64,000 nucleotides of DNA from Trichosphaerium sp. ATCC 40318 (GCA_038496445.1 JALMLS010000507.1:682001-746000), one strand, 5' to 3'; shown: positions 13,757-27,866, counted from the first letter of the stretch. Translations and numbers: made by a program. Notes: a model not told the origin generated them from the sequence alone.

Positions 13757-16084
13757 TCACATAGAGAGTTTTGATGGACCTGAAAAGGCCTCTTGTTTAT
13801 CATTGATCTTCATGGATTCTTGGGCTACATCATATAAACCAACGTAACTACGGTAAAAAATCTCAAATGGACCAGCCTCCCTGTGAAAAAACAGTCAGGT
13901 CAATGAAATTAAGAACAGAGGAAAAATAAAGCCACTACAAGCTCATTTTCAAAAATCACGTGCCTGTACTCAATGCCATGATCAGCAGCGAACTTCTTTA
14001 CAATAGGAACAAGCTCAGAGTAACGGAAACGTGGCATTTTAGGGAATAAGTGGTGTTCAAGTTGGAACTATTAAGTCATAAGTAACTTTCCAATACACAA
14101 GTAGCCACAATAGTTATACGAAGATTACTGTCCATAAAACAAGAAAAATATTGCTAGGTATAACACGTACTTGCATACCACCCCAAATCCATCCAAAGAA
14201 AGGGTCGATACGTACATCCCTTGTAGTTAAAAATTGTTGCTCAACAAATTCTTTACCATGATCATGAATGAACTCTTCAGCAGTATGGGTTACAGTAACA
14301 ATGACAGCAACCATCCATCCACTCAATAAAATAGCTAAACCAACGAATCAGCACAAAGAGAAATTGATAAAAGAAAGCTCGTGACAAGTACAAAAAAGTA
14401 TTTGTTAAACTCAGTTGGGATTTCATAATCAATAAAAAAGTCATTGGAAACCTGTGTTATTCTATCATCGCTTATTGTAAATATTTGCCATTAATCAACA
14501 ACAGCAAAAAAAAAAAAAAAAAAGAAGAGAAATACCTCGTAAAAAAAAGGAGGTTCCTCCGGCAGAAACAACTTACGGGGTTCGTGAAAACTTTTAAAAA
14601 AAAAAGTGACCTCACAGAACCCGTGAAGAGAAAAAAAAGATGACACGTACAAGCAATAGCAACAGGGAGTGGAAGACATCCTAGCCAGATATAATTTGGC
14701 AAAAGGACAAAAAATACATTGATCCAGCGACCTTCATTTATAGCCATATGCATAGATTGTACTCTCCAAGATACATACAAGAAACTGTACAGAACCAAGT
14801 AATACAAGTGTTGAAACTGAGAAAAGTAAGAACGGTAAACACGTAGGTTGGTTGGGGCAGTACGACCCGACCAAAACCAAAAAGCAAAAAACTTGACACA
14901 ATGTGTCAATGAGAAAAGAAATGGATCATTTTGCGCTAAATAGGTAAAAACGGTGCGTACCCTTGTGTGATAGTATTTGACTGATCCCTCGGAAACAAAC
15001 AAGAAAAGAAATGGTGAAATATCAATATCAGGATCAACACCAACATGATTAGTCATAGCATGATGGGTATTATGTTTATTAGACCCTAACCACAAACAGA
15101 TAAGTTTTTAAACACAGAAATAACTTCGAAAGACGTACACCATCTTCTATCAACACCAATTGACCATCCACCCCAACAAGTCCCTAAAATGGAGTGAAGC
15201 TTTCCACGAGCGTGAATGTGATCATGCCTAAAAAATCACAGATGAATAAAAATTTGTGTGACGTAAAAAAATCTTTCTTCTGAGGTTTTTTTATTTTTTT
15301 TTAGCGTTTTCTTCACTCCAAAAGGATTATTACGTACGCTACAAACCCACTTCTTGTCATAGCCAATGAGAGAATTATTGTAGCAATAATAGGCCTCGTG
15401 TAGCTCAACATAGTGCCGAGAACAAGCAAAAAAATTAGAGGCAAAAGTGATTGCGCCTCCTTGACCCAGTTGTCTTTGTACCAACCATCCTGTTTTAGCT
15501 TATTTCTAGCGAGAATGTCAATGATATTTGAGGGAAATCAAAAAAAAAAATAAGATCAAAAAAGGTAAGGTTGCCCGTAATAAGTGCGTAAATGTCTACA
15601 AAAACCTATAGGGCATAAAATCTTACGATCGCGTAAGGTCAAAACGCAAGTCCCTTGAAATAAATTGAAATGTGACAAATGGCACTGAGCGCCACGTATT
15701 ACTTTTTGAACGACAAAGATTGCGCGAACGTAATAATACATGGGAACCTTAAAGGTTTTTCTGGTGAACACTTCACCCATTCGTACCGTAATTTATCAAA
15801 GTCAGTCGTTAGGGCGCTGATTTTGCGTGGGGTAGTGGCTGGTGTGCTTTTTTGTTGTCGAAGTAACTTTTCTGCTTCTCCAGAGTGAATAGCGTTAAAA
15901 GCGCTTGTAATGTCCAAGCCATTGCTCTTCTCGAGTATTGCTCTTCCACCTAAATCAAACATGAGGAACAGAACGAAAACACAATGTTCCAACCTGGATG
16001 CACGTCTGCGAACTCAGTAGCATCATACCACTTATTTCTGATACGGAAAGTAATTTTACGCGGCGCTTCAGTTGAATCTGCCAT
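13757..16084 (-). CDS. Cytochrome b5-fused front-end fatty acid desaturase (Delta5/6/8 type)
   Basis: YDATEFADVHPGG (HPGG heme motif) and the three His boxes HDHIH, HNTHH and QLEHHLFP. Confidence 0.92.
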
Positions 16085-16395
16085 CTAAGAGCGCTATTAG
16101 TACGGGAAAGTGCTTTTTTACGCGCTGGATACTCTGTCTTGCAAATGTAATTGTTTCCATTTGCAAAAACTGGTTTATGGAATGAAACCAGCAATTAGGT
16201 ATCATTCGTAAACGGATCCGTACTGGCGTTTCTTACCTTTACCTAAACTTTTCAAACAACCTCTGTTATTTAAAAGTTGATTACTCCGCTTATTTAGCGA
16301 GGTGTGGTCGTGTTACGGTATTCCGTACTACAGAAATGACTTAATTAAACAATTTTGTACTAAGTCTGATCACTATCAACCAGGCGTTTGCAACT

Positions 16396-18176
16396 ATGGC
16401 CGACGTGATTAATGTGCCATTTAACATTGTAAAGTGCTCGCCAAAAGGAGACGTTATTGCGTTTACTTGTGGCAATAGCGTGTTAGTGTATGACGTAGCG
16501 TCAGGACAGCAAAAACAAGCACAAAGTGTGCATTTGAAAAATCATATCATTAGAACCTTAAACTTTGACGCCAATGCGTCGCATTTGGTTACGGGGGCGA
16601 CGACAAGCATGTTTGCGTGTATAAAATTGAAAGTGCCAATGTCAACTGTTTGAGTCACAGGTATGTCACTGCATGTTGTATACGAGACATTGACGTAGAA
16701 TTAGCCTTGCTGCTGGTGGCAAAAAAGTATCTCGCGTATTATTCATTGGAGACAACATTGTATATTCAGACAAGTTTGGAGGGGTATTCTCTGTAGCGAT
16801 TGGCGATCTTGCTGATAAACAGAAACACAAATTACTATTAGCGCACGTCTCTGCTCTATTTGATGTCGTACGTTTCATTCTAGCCAACTATGATTACCAT
16901 TATGCTTTTTTAACGTATCTTTCTCATTCTTTCGTTGTAATACGAATGCGGCTCACTACCTTACTAGAAATTGAGCCACCCATCAAAGTCTGGCAAAAGA
17001 TTCATTCTGACAACTGACAGAGATGAAAAATTGCGCGTTACGCATTACCCTTTCACTCATGAGATTCAATCGTTCTGTCTACACCACGAAAAGTATCCAA
17101 CAAGTTGTATTTTAACATGTTTTTTTGAAAGCAATTTCTCATTTTCTTCCTTCACTGCTTTAAAGTATGGTTACTCGTGTTATTACTGGCCCTAAAGATA
17201 AACCAGAAATAGCTGTAACTGGTGGTGGTGATGGTCAGATTTGTTTATGGAATATAATGGACGTACGTTCAAGTTAAATGATTGAACGATCCACAGAGTC
17301 AATTGTATTTTTTTTTCCCCTTCACCCCTATTCCGCGCATGTGAAGCAGGTTTTCGTTACTCATACTCTAAAAAACCCCTGTATATTTTATTGAAGCCTA
17401 ACACAAGAATATTGAACGCAATTGACATCCTCATCCAGGATTGAATTAGGAATCTTTTTGTTGTTGCAAAAAATCAAAGTCTTTTGTTTAGTTCCAGCTT
17501 TCATTGTTGTTCGTTGTTTTAATACTGATATACAGGGAAAATTGCTTGCTGCTAGGAATGTTATTGAATTCACAAGCGCTGATAGGATGGCCACAGTATG
17601 GAGTTTTGACTTGATTCTTTTTATCAAGTTGATTTTTTTCCTAGTCCAAGTGTATTGTTATAGATTTGGCTTACAATGTTGCTACCAACCACGTACTTTG
17701 TCTTATTGAAGGGTAAGCATCAAGTAGTAATCGTATACTCTTTATATCTAACACAATACCTTGTAGTCTTGATTTACTTGTCTTCTCTTTGGACGGCCTG
17801 GAGTTCGTAAACAAAGTCCAGCTTGAAGAGATTCCTCTTTCGTTCGACTTGGATTGTAACGGTTAGTTTGAGAAAATCCATTCGATCACGTGTGCTTAAC
17901 AAAATATCTATTTAGGAACATTGTGGGTTGTAGGAGGTACAAAGAAACTGTTGAGTAGTTACAAGTATGACACAGCTTCTGGAACCTATGTTCCTTCAAA
18001 TAGTAAGCTTCAAGATTTGATTAATAGCGGACAACGAATGACTGGTACCTTTAACTCTCTCTTGATGAGCACTCGCTTATAGTTTTTCCTTAGTGTCAAA
18101 GGAAGACTCTAAATACTTGGAAGGATTAAGACTAGGAGTTATGTTGAAGGACTTGACTAAAAATAAACCAATGTAA
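16396..18176 (+). CDS. WDR4: tRNA m7G46 methyltransferase non-catalytic WD40 subunit WDR4/TRM82; apparent 1-nt deletion at 16593-16597
   Basis: SDKFGGVFS, LLAHVSAL, FILTTDRDEKLRVTHYPFTHEIQSFCLHH, TGGGDGQICLWN. The frame needs one more G in GGGGG to read TGGDDKHVCVY. Confidence 0.88.
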
Positions 18177-19298
18177 AAAAAAATTAAATTTCGTGTCGTG
18201 CTAAATGTACAGTCTTTCTTATCTTTGGTGTCCCTTTTGTTGAAACATAAGGTAGGTACAAAAAAATTGCTACACCTTTTTTTTGAACTGCAACTCAATA
18301 AAAGTTGTATTGCTCTCCTTTTAGGGCTGTCACTCAACTTCTTCTAATATGCAATTCTTCGCGATGTCCACTATTAAACGGGGTGACAAAGACTAATAGA
18401 GACTGACATTAGGCACAGTCCCACGAGAAGTCATGGCAGAAGTAGACCTTGTAGACGCCGTTTTGTGTTCAATTGATACGTTGTACATTATTTGTGGTGC
18501 CTGTGATAGTTTGAAAACCGTTTTGTACCTGTCAAGTACAAACATAACCATTTCAACTACAATACAGCGCTACTTCTTTTAAAACAAACTTCATTGGGGC
18601 CCTAAAAGCAGTTAGCCGGTCAATATATTAACGTCTTCTTTATGGCAAATCGTGTTTTATTTTGCTTCATACATTGAGTACAATGCGTCAAACTGTTCAA
18701 CCTGTCTAACTTTTTTTTTTGTAGGCAATGTTCTTTTTTCATAAGTATCGTCAAGACAAGCTCGTTTTTTTAATTAAATGTGCACAGGCACCTATCATGT
18801 TTGAGGGAGATAAATACAGTGTTAAAACAGGCCACAAATGTACTGTACCCACAGAAAGAAAACCTCCTTTTACTCGGCTGCATTCAATTATTGTTGAACA
18901 TTTGCCACGTGGTAATGGCACACTGTATGGTTATTTTAGGCTTGTGGTAATATTACTTAAAATTGGACGACTACAAGCGTAGCTTGATTACTCGTGATAT
19001 AGTTATAGTGGTAACTACCAAGGTAATGATAGGTATTGACTTTAAAACTGGAAAAACCAAATGGAAAACAAGAATTGGTATGAATAGTCCTGAGGTGTCT
19101 TGTTCTTCTGTGTATTAATCATTTTGAATCAGGATGGTTATTTCCTAATCGAACACTATATTGTCTAAGTCTATCTAAAGGTACATGCCAAATTACATGA
19201 AAGTGAAATGAGAAATTGTTTCTGCCAAGAACGAAATTGTTTTGTTTGTGCATTTTTCTTTTATTTTTTTTTTTGATTTGTTTTTTCTCTTTTCTTTT

Positions 19299-22200
19299 CT
19301 ACATTACAACACACGTGCAAGAGCATTTTGCTTCAACATGTATACGACTATTAATCCTTGAAGGAATCTTAGGTCTAAAATCGCTGTGTACAATAAAGTT
19401 ACAAGAGTCAGGTTCAGCTCCATCAAATCCAATTGTAACACAATAACTAGTGATATAAGATTAGGCAACAATCAACATGCAGCAAGAAAAAACTGAGTCA
19501 AAGTCTTTTGTACCTCTCACAACCTTCAATGCTTTTAACAAAAGCATCCGCCTTGGCTTCATCGTACTGTAATAACATTGATTCTCCGAGACCTCTTACA
19601 AGAGGTCTTGCAAGGCTTCCTGCAGGTACAGGTACAGGAGGAAGAGTTGTAGGTGAAGCCATTGTGGGTGATGCTGTGACTGGCATACCAACTGGTGTAA
19701 CGATAAGAGGCTGTGGAGGTTGAGTACTTGGCGTCATAGTTGGCGCTATTGTTGGCTCAGCAGTAGGAGCAACAGTTGGTGAAGGGGTAGGTTGCACCGT
19801 AGGTGATATTGTAGGAGGTATGGTCGGTGCACTTGTAGGCATACTTGTAGGTGATATCGTTGGTTCGTCTGTAGGTGAATTTGTTGGTGCAGTAGTTGAT
19901 TCAACAGTTGGTGAATTTGTAGGTTGTATTGTTGGAGCGTCTGTTGGAGGAAGTGTAGGTTGTTGTGTTGGTGATACTGTTGGCGGTGCAGTAGGAATTT
20001 GTGTTGGTGATTCTGAAGGTTGTGTAGTGGGTGTCACAGTAGGAGTGTCAGTTGGTGGGTCTGTAGCTGGTTCCGTTGGAGCATCTACACTGAATCAGTA
20101 CGGTAGGTAACTGGTTAACGTGCCTGTAGGTGTGTCAGTTGGTGCAACAGTTGGTGGATCGGTAGGTGGGTTCGATGGTGTTTCTGTTGGAGATACGGTT
20201 GGAGTGAATGTTGGTGAAGCTGTTGGAGCTTCCGTGGGGGACGGAGTTGGCGAGTCTGTAGGTGCGTTTGTTGGCTCAGTGGGTGCAACAGTTGGTGATT
20301 CAGTAGGTGCATCAGTTGGAGTGGTCGTGGGCGCATCCGTTGGTGCATCAGTTGGAGCATCAGTTGGAGGGTCTGTAGGTGGGTCAGTTGGTGCATCAGT
20401 TGGCGCTTCAGTTGGTGGATCCGTTGGTGCATCAGTTGGAGCTTCAGTTGGCGCGTCCGTTGGAGTGGTTGTGGGCGCGTCCGTTGGTGTATCAGTTGGA
20501 GACTCAGTCGGTGCATCCGTTGGTGCATCAGTTGGAGGTTCAGTGGGTGCCATTGTTGGTGATACTGTAGGCAATAGTGTGGGTGCAACAGTAGGTACAG
20601 GTTCTTGAAAGGTAATTGATAGCTCTGGTCTTCCAGTGAATGATTGCATAGAGTCAAACCGTGTCGCTGTGTCAACTCTTTTTTTGAAATTAGATTGTTT
20701 GAAAAACCATTGAACCTAAATTAGATTCACGTACTCTTCTTCTACGCCTAGTATTATCCATCCAAAATTCATCTGCGGAGACGACACCATATCCTGTATA
20801 TCAATGACAAGTTGATTTGATGAAATAAACACTGAATGATGTCAGTAAAACACAGATTCTTCAGAAATTTTTAAGATAAATAAATACCTGTTTGGTCAGT
20901 TGCATTTGCAAAGAAAGTTGCTGTAATGCTTGGTTCGAAATCACCTCCTTCTGTATTCCAAAACTCAGAAGGAAAGTCCGTATGTATCCATGTAGAATCT
21001 CCATTTTGTGCAGGTGCCCCAAATTCTCCAGGAGGGGTTGCAAAAGTTGCACCTTGATCTATTCGGAACACAAAAGCTTAGCATTCGAATTCAAAGATTG
21101 CTAACTTACTCCAGTCCGATATTAATCGATGAATGAAATGTGTATGAGGATCAAATATCCTTACTACATGTAACCTCAACTCAGCGCTAAGAACTGTAGA
21201 TCCTGTATTGAGAGATGATAGATCGAATTGAAGTAGTGCTCTACGAATAGGATTTGGATTTGTGTCAATTCTACCTTGTAGCAAAGTAAGTCAAAATCAA
21301 CACGTGTTCGATAAAGTTTCTTGTACCTGAATATAACGAGATACCCATTCCATCAGTAAAATCACCTTCGTTGTAGATAGTAGCATCCTAAAACATGGTT
21401 AAGATTGTAGCTATCAGTGAGTTATGACTTACTCTGCCTTGAGTGAATGTCAGCATCTCAACTCCAGGAGGTAGAGGAGCGTTGGTAGGCGAATCAGTTG
21501 GTGTTTCTGTAGGAGCTTCAGTTGGGGCATCAGTTGGGGCATCAGTAGGTGTTTCTGTTGGCGACAAAGTAGGCACAATAGGTGCCATAGACGGTGTTGA
21601 TAACAACTGGCAAGAAGGGAATGCTGCAGAGAATTGATAACCCAAAGCTAAGAAATGTGAGATCACGTGATTGAAGTAAGAACAAATTATTTTGACTGGT
21701 ACCATGTAGTACAGTAACGTCTGCTATGCTATAAGAGCTTCTAACACCCAAAGAAGCAAAAGGAATTACAAGCGCTTCTGGATGCTCAGTTGGATCCAAG
21801 TGTGAAACACTTCCTGTATCATCGAATACCGACGGCGTATATACGACTGGAATCTTCTGTCCAACGCTGGTGCACATCCTTGTACCTGGTGTATCCACAA
21901 TAACAGCTCCTTGAGACCCTCTATGAGCAAAATAAGCTAAAGAGAGTTCGACAACATTTGTTTTCAATCACAATAGCCGTACTGCAATACATCTATTGAT
22001 AGTCCAGGTTCAAAGTTTCCCATAGAATCAAAAATACGTTGGCCAGTATCAGCAACACTCAAAAGAGCATCGTACGATGTTTTAAAAGTCTATAAGACAA
22101 TAAGGGCTTGGCAGGAAAAATTGAGATTTTGTTTAGTTTTTTTCGTACTGATGTTCCAGTTGATATAGTGCGCGAAGTGAATCCGAGGCCATGGTGAACC

Positions 22201-23244
22201 TCATGTACTATTATTGAAAAAAAGTCATAAGCATCAGGAGGGGGATCATCTTCTCCATAATGCCAATCTAAACGTGGTGAATACCTTTGAAAAAGAACTT
22301 CAAAAAAGAAAAGGTTTTTTGAGTGCAAAAAGAAGTAGCCTTGTTTTTTCGTTCACTCTATTTTATCAAGTGTTCTCGAAAGGATATTTTCCAGTTTATA
22401 TTTCAAATGACTTTAAGATAAATCTTGTGTATTTGAACATACTTATTTGCTCGTAGAAATTAACACGCATTGCAATATCAGCACTTATAGTCGTTAAGCT
22501 ACCATTAAGATATTTCATCTCTGCAAACGTCTGTTGAATAGTGTTCGGTTCATCAAAAAATGCAGCACCAGCTACAGCCAAGTATGGAATATTATCATCA
22601 AATAGTGACGTTGTAAATTCAACAGCAAGGCACACTAAAAAGTTTAAAAAACTCAAAACTAATATACAATAAAGCGTACCTGGCCTGTCTGGTCTAACCA
22701 TAGCGTTTCCTACGTATGTTAGAGCCCTATCGACGGCTGCTATTGCCTTAAGAGATTTAGTAATATGTTGGTTTTCAATACTCAGTGACATAAATCACGT
22801 GACTCGTAAAACGAAAATGATTCAAAAGCGCCTTTATCAAAAAAAAAAGCAAAGATATTCCCATTCGAAGTAACATATCGTACCATTGTTCCATTAGGTC
22901 CCGGATCGTCAAAGCCTACACCAGACATATCTATCTGATCCCTGAAAGTTACGCCCCAAATAATAGCATTTGTTGACACCTATGTGCGAAATGAGTAATA
23001 GTACACGCGTTTACCAAGTACAATAAGCATCTGGTCTGCATCCATGGCGGCTATACGTTTCTCGGGCATATCTTCTGTATTTTTGCAGTCGCATCCAAGC
23101 GCTGGAATAGAATAACAGTAACACATACGCTCCGCATCTGTTTATGAAAAATTATTCTTTCGAATATTAAATTTGTTATGTTTTGTTCTCCTTACACACT
23201 TCGCAAGCGACTGTTATACAAACCAAGGCTAATATAAAACGCAT
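19299..23244 (-). CDS. Secreted protein A: HEXXH zinc-metalloprotease-like domain + DNRLRE-like domain + Pro/Thr mucin stalks + Cys-rich C-terminus
   Basis: Signal peptide MRFILALVCITVACEV; WGVTFRDQ..GVGFDDP; DFFSIIVHEVHHGLGF (HEVHH at 22191-22205); GSVSHLD; RRALLQFDLSSL..SAELRLH..GGDF..NFGWII..RPELSITF; PT repeats; ends AKCSCTCVVM*. Confidence 0.75.
19730..20600 (-). repeat. Coding 12-bp-unit tandem repeat (PTxA/PTxS), two blocks split by an intron
   Basis: Repeated gttggtgcatca-like units encoding PTDA/PTEA/PTES. Confidence 0.9.
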
Positions 23245-23802
23245 AAAGTTTAGTGCCACCCAGCGCCTATCTTGTCTTAAAATATACCGCAGCGGGGTTT
23301 ACGACTGTTGACTATCTCAATGGTATCTCGGGATTGCCACTTTTTTAATAAGTAACTTCAAGAAAATGGTTAGCAACACGTGCGTTTTAGAACTTAGATT
23401 AATGCCTTAATTTAGCTTTACAAATAGAAGTACCTATTTGCAGAATTCTCTTTCTCTACAAGGCTCGTCATGAAGCAGAAAAAGAGGAAGTAAAACCCTG
23501 TTTGCTGTTGGCTACCACTAACCTTGCAGGGACTTAATCTTTCATTGAAGCGCGAACAAATAGAACCCTTGTGGTTTAATATCATTCATTGCTACTTTGT
23601 ATCAGAATATTATTGATAGCAGATACGACTAATGCTCAGCAGATGTTCACATGTGACTTTAATTTACTGTTTCAACAATTCTGAAAGTGTAAAAGAAAAG
23701 ACGCATGCCTATACAAGATTTGTAGTATTTCTTTTATGTGGTTTATCACCTTTACATTTTTTTTTTTACCTTCTTATTTTTCTATCATTTTGAGGTTTTT
23801 TT

Positions 23803-26800
23803 TTAAAACGGTAAGCAACAACAAGTACACTTCGCTATTGCCTGGATTTTATCTTTTCTACTAAATTCTGGCTTCCCACATGTCTTTCCACGATAAAGCA
23901 ACTTGCAATGGCTTACAGTTACTTCACCAAAAAATGATAGAGCAGTACAACACCTAAAATAGGAAAATAAACATACGCACGTGGCAATAAATAGCAAAAA
24001 CGCACTTTTCACAGTCTTGTTGCGCTTTGGCCTCCAGTTGAGGAGCAATTACGCTTAGCGTGCCAAATCCTTTTGCCTGACCATGAACTATTGGTCCAAC
24101 ACATACTGGGCAAGGCATTGTTGGCGCTACAGTAGTTGGAGGTTCTGTAGTTGGAGGTTCTGTGGTTGGAGGCTCAGTAGTTGGAGGCTCAGTAGTTGGT
24201 GGTTCCGTAGTTGGAGGTTCTGTAGTTGGCGGCTCTGTGGTAGGTGGTTCTGTCGTTGGAGGTTCCGTAGTTGGAGGTTCTGTAGTAGGTGGTTCTGTAG
24301 TAGGTGGCTCTGTAGTTGGAGGTGCCGTAGTTGGAGGTTCTGTCGTTGGAGGTTCTGTAGTTGGCGGCTCAGTGGTTGGTGGTTCTGTAGTTGGTGGAAC
24401 TGTAGTGGGCGGCTCAGTTGTAGGTGCCTCAGTCGTAGGAGGCATTGTTGTAGGTGGCTCCGTTGTAGGAGGTGTTGTTGTTGGTGGTTCTGTAGTAGGT
24501 GGAGCTGTAGTTGGAGGTTCAGTGGTTGGTGGTTCTGTAGTTGGAGGGCTTGTTGTTGGGACGACCGTGGTTGGTGGTTCCGTTGTTGGGGCTTCTGTTG
24601 TGGGTGGTTCAGTTGTTGGCTCTACTGTAGGTGTGGCAATAGTCGGAGCCTCAGTAGTTGGAACCTCAGAGGTAGGAGCCAAAGTAGTAGGAGCATTTGT
24701 GGTTGGAGCTCGGGTGGTCGGCTCAGCGGTCGGAACTTCTGGTGTGGGTTGAGTTGGTGGTTGAGGTGCTTCGGTTGGAGCCTCTGTAGTAGGCGGTGTT
24801 GTAGTTGGCTCCATTGTAGGAGGTGTAGTTGTTGGTGGTTCAGTAGTAGGCGGTGTTGTAGGTGGTGTTATTGTTGGCGGTTCAGTAGTTGGAGCAATTG
24901 TTGGCACAGCTACGGTGGGTTGTGCTGTTGGAACATTTGTTGTTGGAGGTAAAGTTGTTGGTAGCATTGGTACAAAAGGTGCCGTTGGCGTTTGTGTAAC
25001 AACACAAAGATTAATATTAATATCTCCTCTTTCACCTGGTACGTTTTAGAACAAAAAAAACCATAGGTAGCATAAAATATTTACCCAAGCCTGTATTTGT
25101 GAACATTGCTGGGAAAGCTGGGTTGGAAGGTTGTTGTAAAACTGACCATCTATAATAGAGAGTTAGAGTTTATTTAGGTTAAATTAAAAAGCATTATACC
25201 TGAACCATGTGGCCAATCCAAAGTCGAGATTTTTTCCACTTGCTGCAGTAAAGTTAGACGAGTTGTTTATTTTTTGTTTTTATCTCGTGCTTACCTCCTT
25301 GTCCGACTTGTACTTCATGTCTTCCAGAACCATCTATTTCAAGTGATTGCAATTCAATAACCATGCCCTATTTTCAATGTTATATTTTATAAGTGAACTA
25401 ATGAGTTGTACTGACCGACAGTGGAGTTCCAGGTGGTGCAATCAACAAACCTGAACATTTAAGAAAAATCAACGAATGTTAATGTCTTACCTGATAATGA
25501 AAGTGCAACAGGGCTATCCACACGGAAATATCTCCATGTTGCGATATCGATAGGTCCAATAGGAAGATAAGCACGTGGCGTTAACTCTCTAAGAAAAAAA
25601 TGAGAAACAAGAAAATCAATAGCAACTGTGGACAGTTGTTTAAAAACATACAGTTTAGGACTACCGGTTATTTCCCAATATCTAAAAGTTACTACAACTT
25701 CTAGCACCCACGGATCGTTTGAATTATCAGCTACGGGCTTTATAACACCACGAAGATTGCCTGTTTTAATACTGTTAAAATAGCTCATTTAACGAGGGTT
25801 TTTTTCTAAAATACCGGTTGTTAGGCCATCCTCAACACCTAGGGTAAACGTTGCTGGAGGGTCTTCAATAAATTCCCAATATTGTCTATCGATAATTGCT
25901 CCTTAAAAAGAAATTAAGCTCAGAAAAAAAAATCAATATGTGTCATTACCTAATATATTCAATTCGGCCCATGACTCGAACCAAAATGAGAATGGTACAT
26001 TACACCCATAAATACAAAATTCATTCGCAACTGCAGTAGATGCAAACTATATACAGCTGTTAGACGAAAGTCAACAGAAGTTGAAATAAAAAAAACGCAC
26101 GTATGTTTGATTAAATTCCAATGCAGCGGGATTAACGCACATTTGACGCTTTGGATCGAGATCGAGTTGAGAACTTGAGCAAATGGAGATGTCATCTCCA
26201 AAGCTATATCCAAGCGCTTGTTTTGATTAGCTGAAGCGTAACAAATGAGACTGAGTACCAACCTTGTAAAACAGCCATATCTGCATCGTCGTAACTTCTA
26301 GATGTTGATTGCCAACTTAGCGCTGATGTTGGATGAGCTTCTATATCAAGATGCGATAAGCTTCCACCAGGTATAAAACCGGAAGGAGAGAATACAGTTA
26401 CAAGAGGACATTGACTTCCCAGTACAAATGTATCAAACATAACATCTCCTTCGTCCCTATACTTTGGTGAATTTCTTGAAAAGCGGAAATAATTACCTCA
26501 AAGCTCCCGGTTGTACCAATAACTCGCCTTGACCACTATCAAAGAGTAAGGTATGCGTGTATTTAGTGTTATTTTATGTACTTGAAAATAGGTTGTTGAG
26601 ATGGACCAAATAGGAACCTTGATTCAAACATTGTTCGTGTATCCTACTTTTGGTTAATTCCAAAAAAAAATGATGAAAACAATTAAATTACAAACAACTA
26701 ACCTGCGACAGTCGTGAAGTACCGTCTACTTTTGTCATTGAAGACACACCCAAACAATTTGTAAATTCCTTGAGCATTGTAGAAAAGAAATCAATTCCTT

Positions 26801-27866
26801 CAGAGTCCGATGGTGCATCCCCAAAGTACCAACCTTTTTTACAATGTCAAAAAAACATTTCAATCTTTTTTAACAAGCGCACTATTGTCAGCTGCAAAAT
26901 TTACTTTCAATCGCATATCTGCTGCAAAAGGCACATCATCTCCACTATATTTTAATTCTGCAAAACTGCTCTGAATTGATTTTTCTCTATTGAAATACGC
27001 TGGTGCACATGAAGCTGTATAAGAAGTTCCTATATTATTTTCTGAAGTCATCACTTCAACGCGATAGGTAACTAAGAATAGCTATTGGTATAACACCTTA
27101 AACATATAAAAATGTAAAAGAACCTGGATCCGATCTCTCCATCATATTTCCAATATAAGTCAATACATTAGCAACTTGTTCTTGAGCCTACAATTCATTA
27201 TAAAATCAAAACATCATTTACAAAAAAAGCTTACTCTTTCGCCGATTTGTGGATCATCAAATCCAATACTATTACTCTCCATGACATCACGATACATTAC
27301 ATTCCAAACAATGGCACGCGTTTGAATCTGAGACGAGTTAAAAAAATTCGCGCGTCATCACGACCCAAATAAATGCAAGCCGACAATCACAAAAATAAAA
27401 AGAGTCGTTACGTAAACGAGAGAGTAAAGTGATAACAAACAAGCAAAAAAAAAGAATCCAGAAATAATTTAACAAAACCACGTGATAAAATATCCCAAGC
27501 GCAAGATTTTGTTTGTGAACACATGTATTAGAGTATTAATAAACGTACAATGTCTTGGCCCCACGCATCTAGCCCCTTTTTTGCGCGAAAACGAGGTACA
27601 TGAGTCGGTATAGTACATCCAAGTGAAGGTTCGGAGTAGCAATAGCAGAAGCCAGGATGAGACTCTTCTATGTTTATTTGGTGTTAAGGTTTTGAAAAAA
27701 ACGAAAAAGATGAAACAAGTGTTTTTTTGCGCTTTAATCCTTCTGCCTTGTAGCGAAGACAAAGATAAAAGTATTGCTAAGTTAGTATATAAATCTGTTT
27801 ACCAGCACGTGAGGCACTTATAACCAGCAGTGCGAGCGAAAGTAAGTGCGTTAAAACCAATCGCAT
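23803..27866 (-). CDS. Secreted protein B, tandem paralog of protein A with a degenerate protease motif, a different central domain and a PPTTE mucin stalk
   Basis: Signal peptide MRLVLTHLLSLALLVISASRA; FCYCYSEPSLG (cf. MCYCYSIPALGC); WNVMYRDV..IGFDDP; DFFSTMLKEFTNCLG; GGSLSHLD; ends AKCTCCCLPF*. Confidence 0.72.
24125..24965 (-). repeat. Coding 15-bp-unit tandem repeat (PPTTE)n
   Basis: Many degenerate tgtagttggaggttc units, most homogeneous at about 24130-24560. Confidence 0.92.

Noticed and set aside
18390-19200. Possible small minus-strand gene between WDR4 and secreted protein A
   Set aside because: Splice-like sites are present but I could not assemble a consistent frame or recognise a family.
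19299-19313. C-terminal CVVM (CaaX-like) in secreted protein A
   Set aside because: The protein has a signal peptide, the cysteines belong to a Cys-rich module shared with paralog B, and B ends CLPF.
22378-22387. ATATCCTTTC on the minus strand, a perfect AT-AC U12 donor
   Set aside because: It lies inside a GT-AG intron that already restores the frame (EQI-N-WHYGEDD), and I found no matching U12 branch site or AC acceptor.
24083-24952. Long plus-strand ORFs (WRFCS repeats, VVGGS repeats), and similar ones at 19820-20608 and 47038-47616
   Set aside because: Antisense shadows of the minus-strand Pro/Thr mucin repeats; the signal peptides and splice sites are on the minus strand.
19730-24965. 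CRISPR-like or satellite arrays
   Set aside because: The repeats are codon-phased, vary at third positions and have no unique spacers.
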